Assembly (NCBI GenBank): GCA_951406725.2
Contig: OX597830.1
Coordinates: 11,656,001 to 11,720,000, forward strand
Length of the DNA stretch: 64,000 nt
Source of the DNA: Octopus vulgaris
Taxonomy: Eukaryota
Direction of reading: 5' to 3'
Shown: positions 10,624 to 22,344 of the stretch, in pieces
Layout of the letters: each line of letters opens with the position of its first letter
How positions within the stretch are numbered: position 1 is the first letter of the stretch
Translations under genes and position numbers: made by a program
Notes under the pieces: model-generated
Seen by the model: only the letters and a program-made list of their open reading frames with translations
Told to the model about the DNA's origin: nothing
The model's database searches: none

Positions 10624-11432
10624 CGACTTTGTTCTGTGACTACTTTCCTCTATATTACTGATTATTATCTCAGACTTGCCAACTGAAATATAACAAAATC
10701 GAAACATGCCTAATTGCTTTCACCAGCTAAGCTTAGCGATTTTTCCTTTTAGGGAATATTGTAAGAATGGGATTAAAAGTGAAAGTAAAAAATGTTACTG
10801 GGAATGTACAAAAATAAGACTACATTAGCGAAACGAGCAACTTAATGCTTAAAAATAGTTGTTAAAAGATCATTATAAGTGATTTATTTATTTTAATTTC
10901 CCAAGAGCATTAATTTATGAAGATTGCATCGTATTTCGAACCCCCCCCACACTTTTCGGCCACGGGGAATAGGAATCTGAAAAAAAAAAAAAAATGGCAA
11001 AAATCGACATTTCTAAATTATCACCACCCCATCCCCATTTCCTTCCTTTTTTTCACTTTTTTCTGAATTTTTAAAGAATTTTTTTTTTTCAAAATATGCG
11101 GAAAAATACGGACATTATGATTCGGATGAAAATTTCAAAACATTTCTGTACTTACGGTTAGTGTTTTAGGGTTAGGGTTTAGTGTTAGGGAAACAAGTCA
11201 AATTTGAATAAGTTGTGGTAGGTGGGGGGAATTTCACAATGCCGATTTTTGGCAATTTAACGGAACCTCCTTATCCGAAAACGGGAAATTTTGGTAAAAA
11301 AATAAATAAATAAATAAAATAAACAAATTTGGGAGAAAATTGGGTAGTGGGGACGGACGGAAGTCTTTCCGTAATTGCAAATTGACAGCTCCGAAAATTA
11401 AACAAGAATATTTGATAGGTAAGAGAAATTTG

Positions 11433-11851
11433 GGATCTTTTCGGTTTGAACGGCAGTTTTTTCTAGCAGTGTCATATGAAATTGTCACCTATAATTATGA
11501 CCCTAGTATCGATCTATTGCATTTCAATCTCTTTTAGGGTTAGGGGTGGGGGGAAGGGTATCTTTTTTTCCTTCAGAAATGTAAATAAACCCAATCTGTT
11601 TCTTAAACGAGGGACATATTCATACGGCACAGAATGTTTTTTTTTTTTACCTCAATGGACGTCATTGATTGGTTGAAATTGCAGAAATTGAAGAAAAAAC
11701 AACAGCAAATATCTTACAAACCATAGAATTTTCTCAATAAAGCCAAGAGAAAAAGATGTTTTATAAACACATTCTACCAGTATACGAAGTTTAAAATTTT
11801 TTAGTTACCTAGAAATTATGTTGAAAACTGCCGTTCAAACTGAAAAGATCC
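11433..11851. mobile_element. MITE family M1
   Basis: Same TIRs and body; TSD gaaatttg/gaaattgg. Confidence 0.88.
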
Positions 11852-12329
11852 GAAATTGGTTTGGAATTTGCATGTTAATTTGCAATTACTTTCTCTCTCT
11901 GAACATTCTTAAAGTTACGTATATATTTCGATTTTTTGAACTTACATGAAGTACACTATTTAGAGTTGGGTTAGCACTTAACGATTACCAATTTCTCTCC
12001 TTCTTCCACCTTGTTATAGACCTCCTTATTTCTTCCCTACAGAGTTAAATAAATATTTTGTTTCTTTGCATATAACATCACTGCCCTCTCTCTGTCCCTA
12101 AAGTTATACACCTCGATTCATTGAACCATCATCGCAAAGTACACTATCCAGACTCTTTCCTTCACTTTCTCTCCTTAAACTTTCTCTTTCTGAATCCACT
12201 TCAAGTAAACTGTTATCTCCCAGCCACAAATTAGTTGATATATTTTGATTTTTAAAAATATATTATTTTTGGAAGGCATACTGTTTTCTTTTCCTTTTAT
12301 GTACAATCAAATTTAGTCCAAACACCCTG

Positions 12330-12372
<43 letters not shown>

Positions 12373-12375
<3 letters not shown>

Positions 12376-12713
12376 CACAGGAGTGGCTGTGTGGTAAATA
12401 GCTTGTCTACCAACCACATGGCTCCGGGTTCGGTCCCACTGCGTGGCACCTTGGGCAAGTGTCTTCTACTATAGCCTTGGGCCGACCAAAGCGTTGTGAG
12501 TGGATTTGGTAGACGGAAACTGAAAGAAGCCTGTCGTATATATGTATATATATATGTTTGTCCCCCTAGCATTGCTTGACAACCGATGCTGGTGTGTTCG
12601 GCAAAAGAGACCAATAGAATAAGAATAAGTCCCGGGGTCGATTTGCTCGACTAAAGGCGGTGCTCCAGCATGGCCACAGTCAAATGACTGAAACAAGTAA
12701 AAGAGTAAAGAGT
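12373..12713 (+). mobile_element. SINE family A (internal deletions)
   Basis: Head and tail match the family consensus seen elsewhere in the window. Confidence 0.88.
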
Positions 12714-12789
12714 ATGGCAAATGGAAGATGAAATATACGAGAATTTATTATTAACCACAACAGTTGTTTCGACACATCTAGCACCGATC

Positions 12790-13830
12790 CCTCACGGAGT
12801 GAATTTTCTTGACGCTACCTTCTGTCTTTATACTGGATTATTTGAACCATTTCATAAGCCAAATTATCATATTTAGTACATTAATATAGCATATAGCATC
12901 CACCCTTGGTAATATGGAGATTAGCTCAGAATATTTCTACAAGAATTTCTAGATTATCCTCTAATAATAAAATTTTCAAATCACATGCAACTTATTATAA
13001 TGCTGCTCTAGCTAGGCCTGGGCACCATTAAAAAATTCAATATATACAAGAAACAAGCGTACACAACACTGGTAATTTCTCCAGTTGTAATACACATTGT
13101 ACACCATCACTCAGATAGGGAATACGGACCAGGAAGAATAGGTTCTGTCAATGAACTACCAACGAAAACTCAGACACATGGGACATAGTAATCCAACAGC
13201 TTGTTCCAATCCTGTACAACACAATCAAATAAGCCTAACAGCTGATATAGGAATCAGGATCTCCTCTGGTTCAAACTGATTTTTTGTTTGCATGTTTCAA
13301 CCAGAATTGCTAGAAAATATTTTCCTGCTTTGGACAAATGTTTTCTTAAATCTAATCAGGCGCAGGAGTGGCTGTGTGGTAAGTAGCTTGTCTACCAACC
13401 ACATGGTTCCGGGTTCAGTCCCACTGCGTGGCACCTTGGGCAAGTGTCTTCTACTATAGCCTCAGGCCGACCAAAGCGTTGTGAGTGGATTTGGTGGACG
13501 GAAACTAAAAGAAGCCTGTCGTATATATGTATATGTATATATATATATGCGTGCATATGTTTGTGTGTCTGTGTTTGTCCCCCTAGCATTGCTTGACAAC
13601 CGATGCTGGTGTGTTTATGTCCCCGTTACTTAGCGGTTCGGCAAAAGAGACCGATAGAATAAGTACTGGGCTTACAAAAGAATAAGTCCCGGGGTCGAGT
13701 TGCTTGATTAAAGGCGGTGCTCCAGCATGGCCGCAGTCAAATGCCATTTTTAATTGGCACACAGTGAAGGTGTCCTACGCTAACTCTGCTAATTTAGAGC
13801 AGCTTATGCATTGCATAAATAATAGCAAAC
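12790..13830 (+). mobile_element. Degenerate Penelope-like element (RT C-terminus/linker), interrupted by SINE-A at 13359-13744
   Basis: VNFLDATF...EPFHKPN, RISRLSSN, WF...LDKCF, TVKVSY motifs. Confidence 0.7.
13359..13744 (+). mobile_element. SINE family A
   Basis: Full head; tail slightly truncated. Confidence 0.9.
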
Positions 13831-14159
13831 TGGGACAAAGGTTCAATTAGCCACCGACTGGATCTAGCGAACATACAGTATCATGCTTGCGTATGGCCTT
13901 TTAGCTTCCTCAAAGGAATCTCTAAGGTCATGCACAAGCTCTCAGCAGCTCTGAAAACTGTTATGGAGATTGCTAGCCAACAGAATTCAAAGTTCTGGGA
14001 CTCGTGAGAACATTCACAAGGCATTTCGATTTTTGTTTACATTATTACAGTCTTGAGTTTTACAGCTGGAATAAACAGACTTCACACCTATCTGGAGTAC
14101 CACTGTGTTTTCTTCTTTGCAAGTAAACGAGAGAGGTTAAGTTAATTTTTTGGCTCAAA

Positions 14160-14490
14160 AAGCAAAAAGCAAGGCCATGTAGAGGGACATGGAGTTATGT
14201 ACTGGGAGGGTGTTCATGCAGAGAGTTCAGGCCATTTCTGGTCAAGAGAGACTTTGAACCGAGCGGTCGTCGGCATCCTCACTATCTCGTCCGGCAGCTT
14301 ATTCCATGTATCCGCAACCTGGACGGAGAAAGCCCCCTTTCCTTCGATTGAGATGAAATCGTTGCAGATAGAGCTTTTCGGAGTGACCCCTGCAGCCTAC
14401 GCTCTGGAGCAGGAGTGAAGAACAGCTCTTTCGAGAGGTTACACTTTCCACTTATGGTGTTGTGAGCTAGAATGAGATCACCACGGCGTC
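14160..14490 (-). mobile_element. CR1/L2-type LINE 3' fragment
   Basis: Minus strand RRRGDLILAHN...FSVQVADTWNKLPDEIV motif. Confidence 0.7.
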
Positions 14491-16810
14491 TGAGCTACAG
14501 ACAACACACCTGTCTGTATTATTACTTTATTCTTTGTAAGTAAACAAGACAAATATAACAAATTGGTGTTGCTGATAAGATACTGTCGTCATTTTTTTGA
14601 AGTGGACTTCTTATGATAGGATATGAAAGACTGTTCTTGTGGAGTGGACTTTTTACCTCGACACACAGATATAATTATTTGAAAGGTAAACAACCAGTTT
14701 TGCACATAAACTCCATTCTAGATAAAACAATATTTTAACTATTTTTACATTGATTACAATGGCGGAACAAAGCGGTGAGAGAGAAAAAATGGAGGTGCAG
14801 ACGCAGCAGCACGGAGGAGATATGGAAGGTTTGAGAAGGCTGATTCAAGTTCAAATTTCTGAAGAAGATTCTAGTCCAAGTTCCCATATTCCATCTTCTA
14901 CTGCTGTCCCATCATTTGTTGCTTTCGACTCAGCATCTGAATTGTGGCCTGATTACTGGTCAAATGCTGTGCCTGACCAGCACAAGGCTAAAATTTTTGT
15001 GACAAATCAAACTGTTGCTATTTATAAATGACTGGTGAATCTGGCCATCCAACAGAGTCCACCAAAGGATATTAATGAGCTAACGATGGAGGCAATTTCA
15101 AGTTCTGGAGTGACATGCAACAGAAGCCAGGCAAAACTCTCCAGGAACTGGCAGTGCATGTACAACAAGATGCTGCTATCTGTGACTTTCTTTCTATCGC
15201 AGACCCTCAAGATGAAGCTCTTAGGTAGAGATTCATATGTTGTCAACAATAAAGCTATCTTAAAGACTCTTTTTAAGATCAAGGACACAGAGCTGGACTT
15301 TGCCAATGCTGTCCAAGATGCAATTGAGACTGAAGACACAGCAAACGTTGCCAATGAAACTGTCTACGATTTGAAGACCAGGTCTGTCAATAAGGTCAAG
15401 CAAACCCAGAACAAGGGTCAATGAATAAACCACTAGCAGTCTAATTCTACAGACCCTGAGTTAGGAAACCGAAGTTGGATGATGTCAGATATCACTATGA
15501 GTCTGCCAGCAAGTATGACTTGCCCATGCTGGGAACTTTCATGATTGAAACCAAGGATCCAGTGACTGGTAAACAAAACAGTATTTCTTACATTGTCACC
15601 AAGATCCTTGAACTTGCTGGGATGAAATGTTATTCAGACACTAGGAATTTCTATAGACACTACTCTGGGACTGAAGTGCATAGAGAGTCAAGACAAGAGT
15701 AAGGGTGCAGAACCATCACATCCTAAATCCTCTAATGAACCTTATGCTTCCCTGAAACGACATTGTGATGAGTTTCCAGATCTTTTCAAAGAAGAATTGG
15801 GGTTTCTTGAGGATTTCAAACTGGAAGAAAAATTGAAGTCTGATGTAAAGCTGGTTTTTCACAAGGCACAACCAGTTCCATTTGCTCTTCGTGCTGACCT
15901 GACCAAAGGTTATGAAGAAGGTATCGCAAAAGGAGTCTAGCGGCAAGTCCAGTTCAATGAATTCTGAATGCCAGTGGTACCGATTCGCAAAGCACATAAT
16001 CTGGGCACTCTGAAGTCCAAGTTACGAATTTGTGGTGACTACTCAGTTGGTATCAACAATCAACTAGAAGAACACCATCATCCAATGCCGCTCCCAGAGG
16101 AACTGATGCAGAAGCTGGGAGGTGCATGTAGTTATACAAAAATTGACCTTGCTGATGCCTACAACCAGATCAGACTGGCACCAGAGAGTCAATGAAGGCC
16201 AACCCTCAGCACTCACTTTGTAGTACTCCTGCAGCAATGACTCCCATTTAGAATCAAATCGGTGCCTGGTTACTTCCAGTAATCTACCTGCAGTTGCTGT
16301 ATTCCGAGACGATATGCTCATCAGCGGGAAAGATGCAACTCACCACTTAAGCAACCCGAGGCGTTTGCTTTCTTGTCTGAATGAAAAAGGACTCAGATGT
16401 TGCCGTGAAAAGTTCTTGTGGAATATTACCTGAAGGAATCGCGAAGGGATCCAAATTTGAGGCAGTCATGAAGATGCTACTCCCTATAGATGTCTCAAGC
16501 TTAAAGTCTTTCTTGGGTGTGGTTCAGTTCTAAAGGAAGTTTATCCCAAACCTGGCCACTATGGCCGAGCCACTTTACCATTTAACCAAGAAGGCAACTC
16601 CTTAGAGATGAATAGCAAAGAGTGTTTAAACAGTTGAAAAGCTTATTATCCTCAGATCAAGTCCTTGTACATTTTGACCCAGACAAGCCTCTTGGACTGG
16701 CTTGTGACGCATACAACATTGGAATTGGAGCTGTCTTGTTTTATTGCTATCTGGATGGAAGTGAGCGCCCAATTGCCAATGTGTCCAAGACCCTAACAGC
16801 TAACAAAAAC
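14490..16810 (+). mobile_element. Degenerate Gypsy LTR retrotransposon (LTR end/PBS-like site, gag, RT, RNase H)
   Basis: PVVPIRK..LRICGDYSV, KIDLADAYNQI, LACDAYNIGIGAVL, ERPIANVSKTL; many stops and frameshifts. Confidence 0.9.
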
Positions 16811-16899
16811 ACTACATCTTATCATAGAAACAGCTGTACATTATATAATTTTGTGTTCCTTTGTCATTTATTTAATTTCATATTCCACTCTGTACTCAA

Positions 16900-17340
16900 C
16901 TAATCAACTGGCTCTGAAGGTCACCAAACTCAATATTAAGATCGTTGAGAAGACAGGGAGCTTCATCAGATCACAGTTATGTAGGATGTAATCCTTCGAA
17001 AATATGCACTAATGAGAACTGTATAGTATTTGGATTAACTCTGGTATTAACTAGAAACGTAGTCTACTGCATAAGGTGCATTGAAGGAGTCTGTATAGAT
17101 AGAAACATAACATAGAATGGTGAGACCTCTAGGAGTGTAGTAGAGAAACTAGATGTGTACTGGAGAGAATATAATGACAAGAGACAGTCTTCCATACTCT
17201 ATCAGCATGGGGGTACACTGGGCCGAATTGACATTTGCATTTTGTCCAAGCGCTCAAAGGACCTGTCACTTAGAGAAATACAAGGGTATGTCCTCATAAA
17301 TGAAACATCACCTGCACTAAATAGGAAATACATGTAGAAA
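16900..17340 (+). mobile_element. Penelope-type GIY-YIG endonuclease remnant
   Basis: NVVYCIRC...GETSRS...SILYQH...LINETSPALNRK across frameshifts. Confidence 0.6.
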
Positions 17341-17796
17341 GTAGAGATACACTAATGCCACAGATACCACCCACAAAGTATACATATATAGGTACATTTG
17401 TAAGTTGGCAGTCAAGTAGGTAGGTAGATAGGTTTTAGGTGGTTAGGTCAATTATATAGATTGTTAGTTATTTAATTATGTAGGTAGGAAGATAGGCAGA
17501 CTAATGGGTAGATAAATAAGTAAGTAGGTAGGTAGGTTGATAGATATATAGGTAAGTAGGTACATAGGTAATACAGACAGACAAGGATATACACACACAC
17601 ATAAGGAAACAGAAAAACGTGACCATATATACACGCATACTCAAAAAGGGACAAAGGCACACGTGCATATGTAACAGGCGTGTGTGCATACTCACATAAA
17701 CTCATGCATGGACACACTGAAACACATACACATAGAAGCAGAGGTATACACACATGCACAAGTACATGAATATGCAGAATACATATACGTACGTAC

Positions 17797-17942
17797 CTGG
17801 CGTTAGGAAGGGCATCCAGCCGTAGAAACACTGCCAGATCAGACTGGGCCTGATGAAGCCTTCCGGCTTCACAGACCCCCAGTGAAACCGTCCAACCCAT
17901 GCTAGCATGGAAAACGGACGCTAAATGATGATGATGATGATG
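17797..17942 (+). mobile_element. RTE-type tail fragment
   Basis: GGAAGGGCATCCAGCCGTAGAAAC...(gat)n. Other copies at ~23040-23260, 23940-24436, 26010-26165, 34930-35070 (-), 43380-43550 (-), 43678-43960 (-). Confidence 0.8.
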
Positions 17943-18004
17943 TAAAGACACAAGCACATATGTATGCTGGCACACACACACATACACTTTTACACTTTAC
18001 ACCT

Positions 18005-18391
18005 TTATTAGTTTCAGTCATTTGACTGCGGCCATGCTGGAGCACCGCCTTTAATCGAGCAACTCGACCTCCGGAACTTATTCTTTTGTGAGCCCAGTAC
18101 TTATTCTATCGGTCTCTTTTGCCGAACTGCTAAGTAACGGGGACATAATAAACACACCAGCATCAGTTGTCAAGCAATGCTAGGGGGACAAACACAGACA
18201 CACGCATATATATATACACATACATACGACGGGCTTCTTTCAGTTTCCGTCTACCAAATCCACTCACAAGGCTTTGGTCGGCCCGAAGCTATTGTAGAAG
18301 ACACTTGCCCAAGGTGCCACGCAGTGGGACTGAACCCGGAACCATGTGGTTGGTAGACAAGCTACTTACCACACAGCCACTCCTGTGCCTG
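18005..18391 (-). mobile_element. SINE family A
   Basis: Reverse-complement full copy. Confidence 0.9.
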
Positions 18392-18626
18392 TAACAAATC
18401 TCAAACAAACGTGGCCTCTATAACAGACTAATAGCCATTGAAAAGGTTGCAAGTCGCAATGAAGGAACTTTGTCATACAAAAAACAAAACAAATTAGTTA
18501 GTTGGATATTTAACTAATTAACTAATTATAAAGGAATGGGATTGAACCAGTGTGTGTGTTAATTATATTGGTATAACGACTCTCTCTAGACAACAAAATT
18601 TGTTTCAATACATGAATTCACATAAA

Positions 18627-19070
18627 AAGCCTTGTGAGTGGATTTGGTAGATGGAAACTAAAAAGAAGCCCGTTGTATATATGTATATGTATATATATGT
18701 GTGTCTGTGTTTGTCCCCCAACATCGCTTGACAACCGATGCTGGTGTGTTTTACGTCCCCGTAACTTAGCGGTTCGGCAAAAGAGACCGATAGAATAAGT
18801 ACTGGGCTTACAAAGAACAAGTCCTGGGATCTATTTGCTCGAGTAAAGGCGGTGCTCCAGCATGGCCGCAGTCAAATGACTGAAACAAGTAAAACAGTAA
18901 AAGAGTAACTTCGGTTACTGTTCTTTCATCTTTACATAATGGCAAAAAATTAAGAACCCGATGCTGGTGTGTACTGGGCTTACAAAGAATAAGTCCCGGG
19001 GTCGATTTGCTTGACTAAAGGCGGTGCTCCAGCATGGCCACAGTCTAATGATTGAGACAAGTAAAAAAAA
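18627..19070 (+). mobile_element. Two partial SINE-A copies
   Basis: 5'-truncated copy (18627-18907) and a tail fragment (18958-19070). Confidence 0.8.
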
Positions 19071-19438
19071 CCAATCCTTACAAACTGATTATGACACCGA
19101 CATCTCATATTGTTTACTAATTAATTTCATCTGGTACATACTATACGTTTTTAATTTGGTAGTCTTTTATAGGTTTTTTGTTCAGAAACTGGTATGATTG
19201 ATCTGGTTTTTCATCGTAGAGGAGTAAAAAAAATGAAACAATTGGTTTCATATATATGACTCTGTTATTAACATCTCCCCTGTAATATACCTTCTTCTGT
19301 CTCCAGTATTTAATAAGCCACTGCACTTCATGTTATGGAAGAGAGTTGATCAAGTTTGGACTGACTTAGCTCCCTTTATACACACTCTACTAGAAATTAA
19401 GAGTTGGAGAGAATTATAGAATTTTAAACAAATAAGTG

Positions 19439-19816
19439 GAGTGGTCGTATACTGTCAACATAACGTGACAGTCCTGTAGAGGGAATTACACCACCGCTGT
19501 TTAGCCCTAGGAAGCATCGACGCTTCCTGTCGGCTTTGACACAGTTCCTGTGTCCTTATATTTGCAAAGGGGAGACAAGCACTCCCTACAGCAGGCCATG
19601 CTACTCCAGACTGATGATGAGCAAAACTCAGAAACATGCATGTCTCTAGATGCAGGCCTAGCTGTAGGGGGTGCTTGTCTCCCCTTCGTAAATATATAAG
19701 GACACAGGAAATGTGTCAAAGCCGACAGGAAGCGTCGATGCTTCCTAGGGCTAAATAGCAGTGGTGTGATTCCCTTTATGGGACTGTCATGTTAAGTCGA
19801 CTTTATACATCCACTC
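19439..19816. mobile_element. Fold-back element with ~160-bp inverted arms (Penelope pLTR-like)
   Basis: 19439-19597 is an imperfect reverse complement of 19655-19816; possible TSD taaacaaataa at 19425-19435 and 19871-19881. Confidence 0.8.
19605..19650 (+). ncRNA. Minimal type I hammerhead ribozyme
   Basis: tccaga CTGATGA tgag-caaaa-ctca GAAA catgcatg TC tctaga: complete core, 4-bp stem II, palindromic stem III (acatgcatgt), stem I with one mismatch; predicted cleavage after C19644. Confidence 0.8.
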
Positions 19817-20037
19817 TATCGCTCCACCACTGCTCATGTCTCTTTGAGACATTTAGAAATTCAATATTTCTAAACAAATAAATATATTATGACAAATAAC
19901 AATGGGGTTTTGTATTTTACTCTCTAGTTAAACAAATCACTTAGCATAGCAAGCATTTAACTCATTTTGCACATCGTTAGCCTTTGTACATTTTCAGTGT
20001 CATTAATTTATAATAATCTTTTTTTCCTTCTTCACAG

Positions 20038-20094
20038 CCTTGATATTATCAAATTGATTTACAACAAGAAAAGTGACATGAAAGGCAAAATATG
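20038..20094 (+). pseudogene. Rheb: Rheb-like GTPase exon (equivalent to Rheb exon 5): (S)LDIIKLIYNKKSDMKGKI
   Basis: Strong polypyrimidine-cag acceptor and gtaagt donor; 57 bp, phase 2/2; aligns to Rheb SFEVIKVIHGKLLDMVGKV. Confidence 0.8.
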
Positions 20095-20105
20095 GTAAGT
20101 ATTAA

Positions 20106-20316
20106 CCCTTTCGTTACCAACCCGGCTGAAACCGGCTCTGGTTCCGTAATACAAATGTCTTGTTTTGAATTTAAATCTTCCACCAAACCTTAGTCACAAT
20201 TTATGTTCCCAACACTAGCTTAATGATAACCAAGTTATTTTACTAAATTCTTTGTTATATTTAAAATGATTGAGAGAAACACAGAGCATCTCAAAATAAA
20301 TACAATAATGAAAGGG
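20106..20316. mobile_element. piggyBac-like MITE (second family)
   Basis: TTAA TSDs at 20102-20105 and 20317-20320; TIR CCCTTTC(G/A)TTA. Confidence 0.85.
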
Positions 20317-21786
20317 TTAATTCTATAAAAGTTTCTATTTTCCTACAATTCCATTTTTACTACTGAATTCTAGATAAATATCTGGCCCTACTTTATAATA
20401 GATTTGGAATTGGAAATTATCAAATAACATAGATACTGATATGATGTTTTGATTTCATGGGCTTATATATGACCTGAATATATTCAAAGGAAATATTTTT
20501 CAATATATAATATTATAGAGTGGACAAAGGCTAAAAAGTGAGCTTGTTTCTATAAAGAAAATTTAAAGTTATGATTTCATTGTGCTTTTTTTTTATCATA
20601 CTTTTCTGTATCTGTTTTTCAAGATTCTTGATGTTATGAAGATTCTTCTATGTTATTTCGTTAAGATCATATCCACACACAGGACTGACACAACACTCAA
20701 ATTTTGGAGGCTGCATACGTAGTAGAAGGTAGACCAAGCCTCAACACAAAACAGAAATGGAATAGTAACATCTCAACCCCACAACCTAACAACGGAAATC
20801 AGAATAGGGCACAAGAAGAAAAAAAAGAAAAAAAGAAAACAAAACGAAACAAAGGTAAACACAAATACAAACAGTGCATACAAACTCACACACACATAAA
20901 CAAAACACACATACACATACCAAACACAGACACACAATCAGATACCGACACAAATGCATGTGCAGGTAAGAGAAACAAGATGGAGCAAAGAAAATAAGGC
21001 CAGACATTGGAGAACAACAAATGTGTGAGGAAAAAGCTTTGATGAAATAACCAATAACTAATAATAATAATTTGAAGTGAAAGTCAAATAGTGCATGTGT
21101 TCATTGGCAAAATGACCATCCTCAAACACGACAATGTTAAATGATACAATTGTTGGTTTTCCTTTGTTGTCAAGACACTTATTTTAGGGATAACCTCTAC
21201 ACAATCATTTGATACATCAGAAACGGCAACCAAATAAATACTCCCTCCTTTCAATTACCCTATGACCTTACAAAAGGACTCATTGGTACATGTAGTCCTC
21301 AATGCACTGTACTTTAGAATTAGGAAATACTTGAAATAGTCAAAAGTGAAATGCCTTTGATCAAAGGTTCTTTCAATTGGGGCTGAGCACAAGAACATCT
21401 GTGCTAGGATTTGAGCCCAAAACACCAGTGTCTGGGAACCTGACAAGTTACAGCACTGGACAGATATAGTATTTTTTCACCATTTTTTTTTTTACCGTAA
21501 GAGAGAATTTTTCTCCATAGTAACAGCCATGAATTTGCCTTCAGCAGTTGAAATATGTCACAAACATATTTTAACTAACCTAAAGTTCACTTATGCCTAA
21601 ACATTGCTTGGCGCTGATATTACTGTACAAATAATATGAATAAAAACTGAAGTGAAGATTAAACTGTGGGTGTGTTTAAATGGCAAAAGATGACCATCCT
21701 TAAGTATAACAATGTCTTGCAAAACAAATACATAGAGATATATTATGTATGTTATATTTTATAGCAATTTCAACTTATTGCTGCAG

Positions 21787-21835
21787 AGTTTCAATTGTCA
21801 TGGTTCGAAGCAAAAGACATCTTGGAAGAGGACAG
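21787..21835 (+). pseudogene. Rheb: Rheb-like exon (equivalent to exon 6), degenerate: VSIVMVRSKRHL/EEDR
   Basis: ctgcag acceptor and gtaag donor; aligns to IPIMLVGNKKDLHMER. It is 49 bp rather than 48 (frameshift), the G4 NKxD motif is lost, and the exon5|exon6 junction spells TG|A. Confidence 0.7.
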
Positions 21836-21942
21836 GTAAGATATTTTTGTTGGATTTTATTTGGTCTCCATTTACTGTTGATAGTCGATATGGTGGATGT
21901 GCATCCAAACATTTAACCTACTGTATGATTATATCGAATTAT

Positions 21943-22344
21943 CTCTTTTACTTGTTTCAGTCATTTGACTGTGGCCATGCTGGAGCACCACCTTTTAGTC
22001 GAGCAAATCGACCCCAGGACTTATTCTTTGTAAGCCTAGTACTTATTCTATCGGTCTCTTTTGCTGAACCGCTAAGTTACGGGAACATAAAAACAGCAGC
22101 ATCGGTTGTCAAGCGATGTTGGGGGGACAAACACAGACATACAAACACACACACACATATATATATACATATATACATATATATGACGGGCTTCTTTCAG
22201 TTTCCGTCTACCAAATCCACTCACAAGGCTTTGGTCGGCCCGAGGCTATAGAAGACACTTACCCAAGGTGCCACGCAGTGGGACTGAACCCGGAACCATG
22301 TGGTTGGTAAACAAGCTACTTACCACACAGCCACTCCTATGCCT
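21943..22344 (-). mobile_element. SINE family A
   Basis: Reverse-complement full copy. Confidence 0.9.

Noticed and set aside
11165-11190. Interstitial telomere
   Set aside because: Only 3-4 degenerate TTAGGG units within transposon-like sequence.
13359-13430. tRNA genes at SINE heads
   Set aside because: A/B-box-like motifs are present but there is no full cloverleaf, and each continues into a SINE body.
20093-21787. Selenocysteine reading of the junction TGA
   Set aside because: No SECIS recognised, and accompanying frameshifts and motif loss point to decay.
22116-22310. Recurrent short ORFs (...[33 protein letters not shown])
   Set aside because: These are translations of SINE-A copies, not a gene family.
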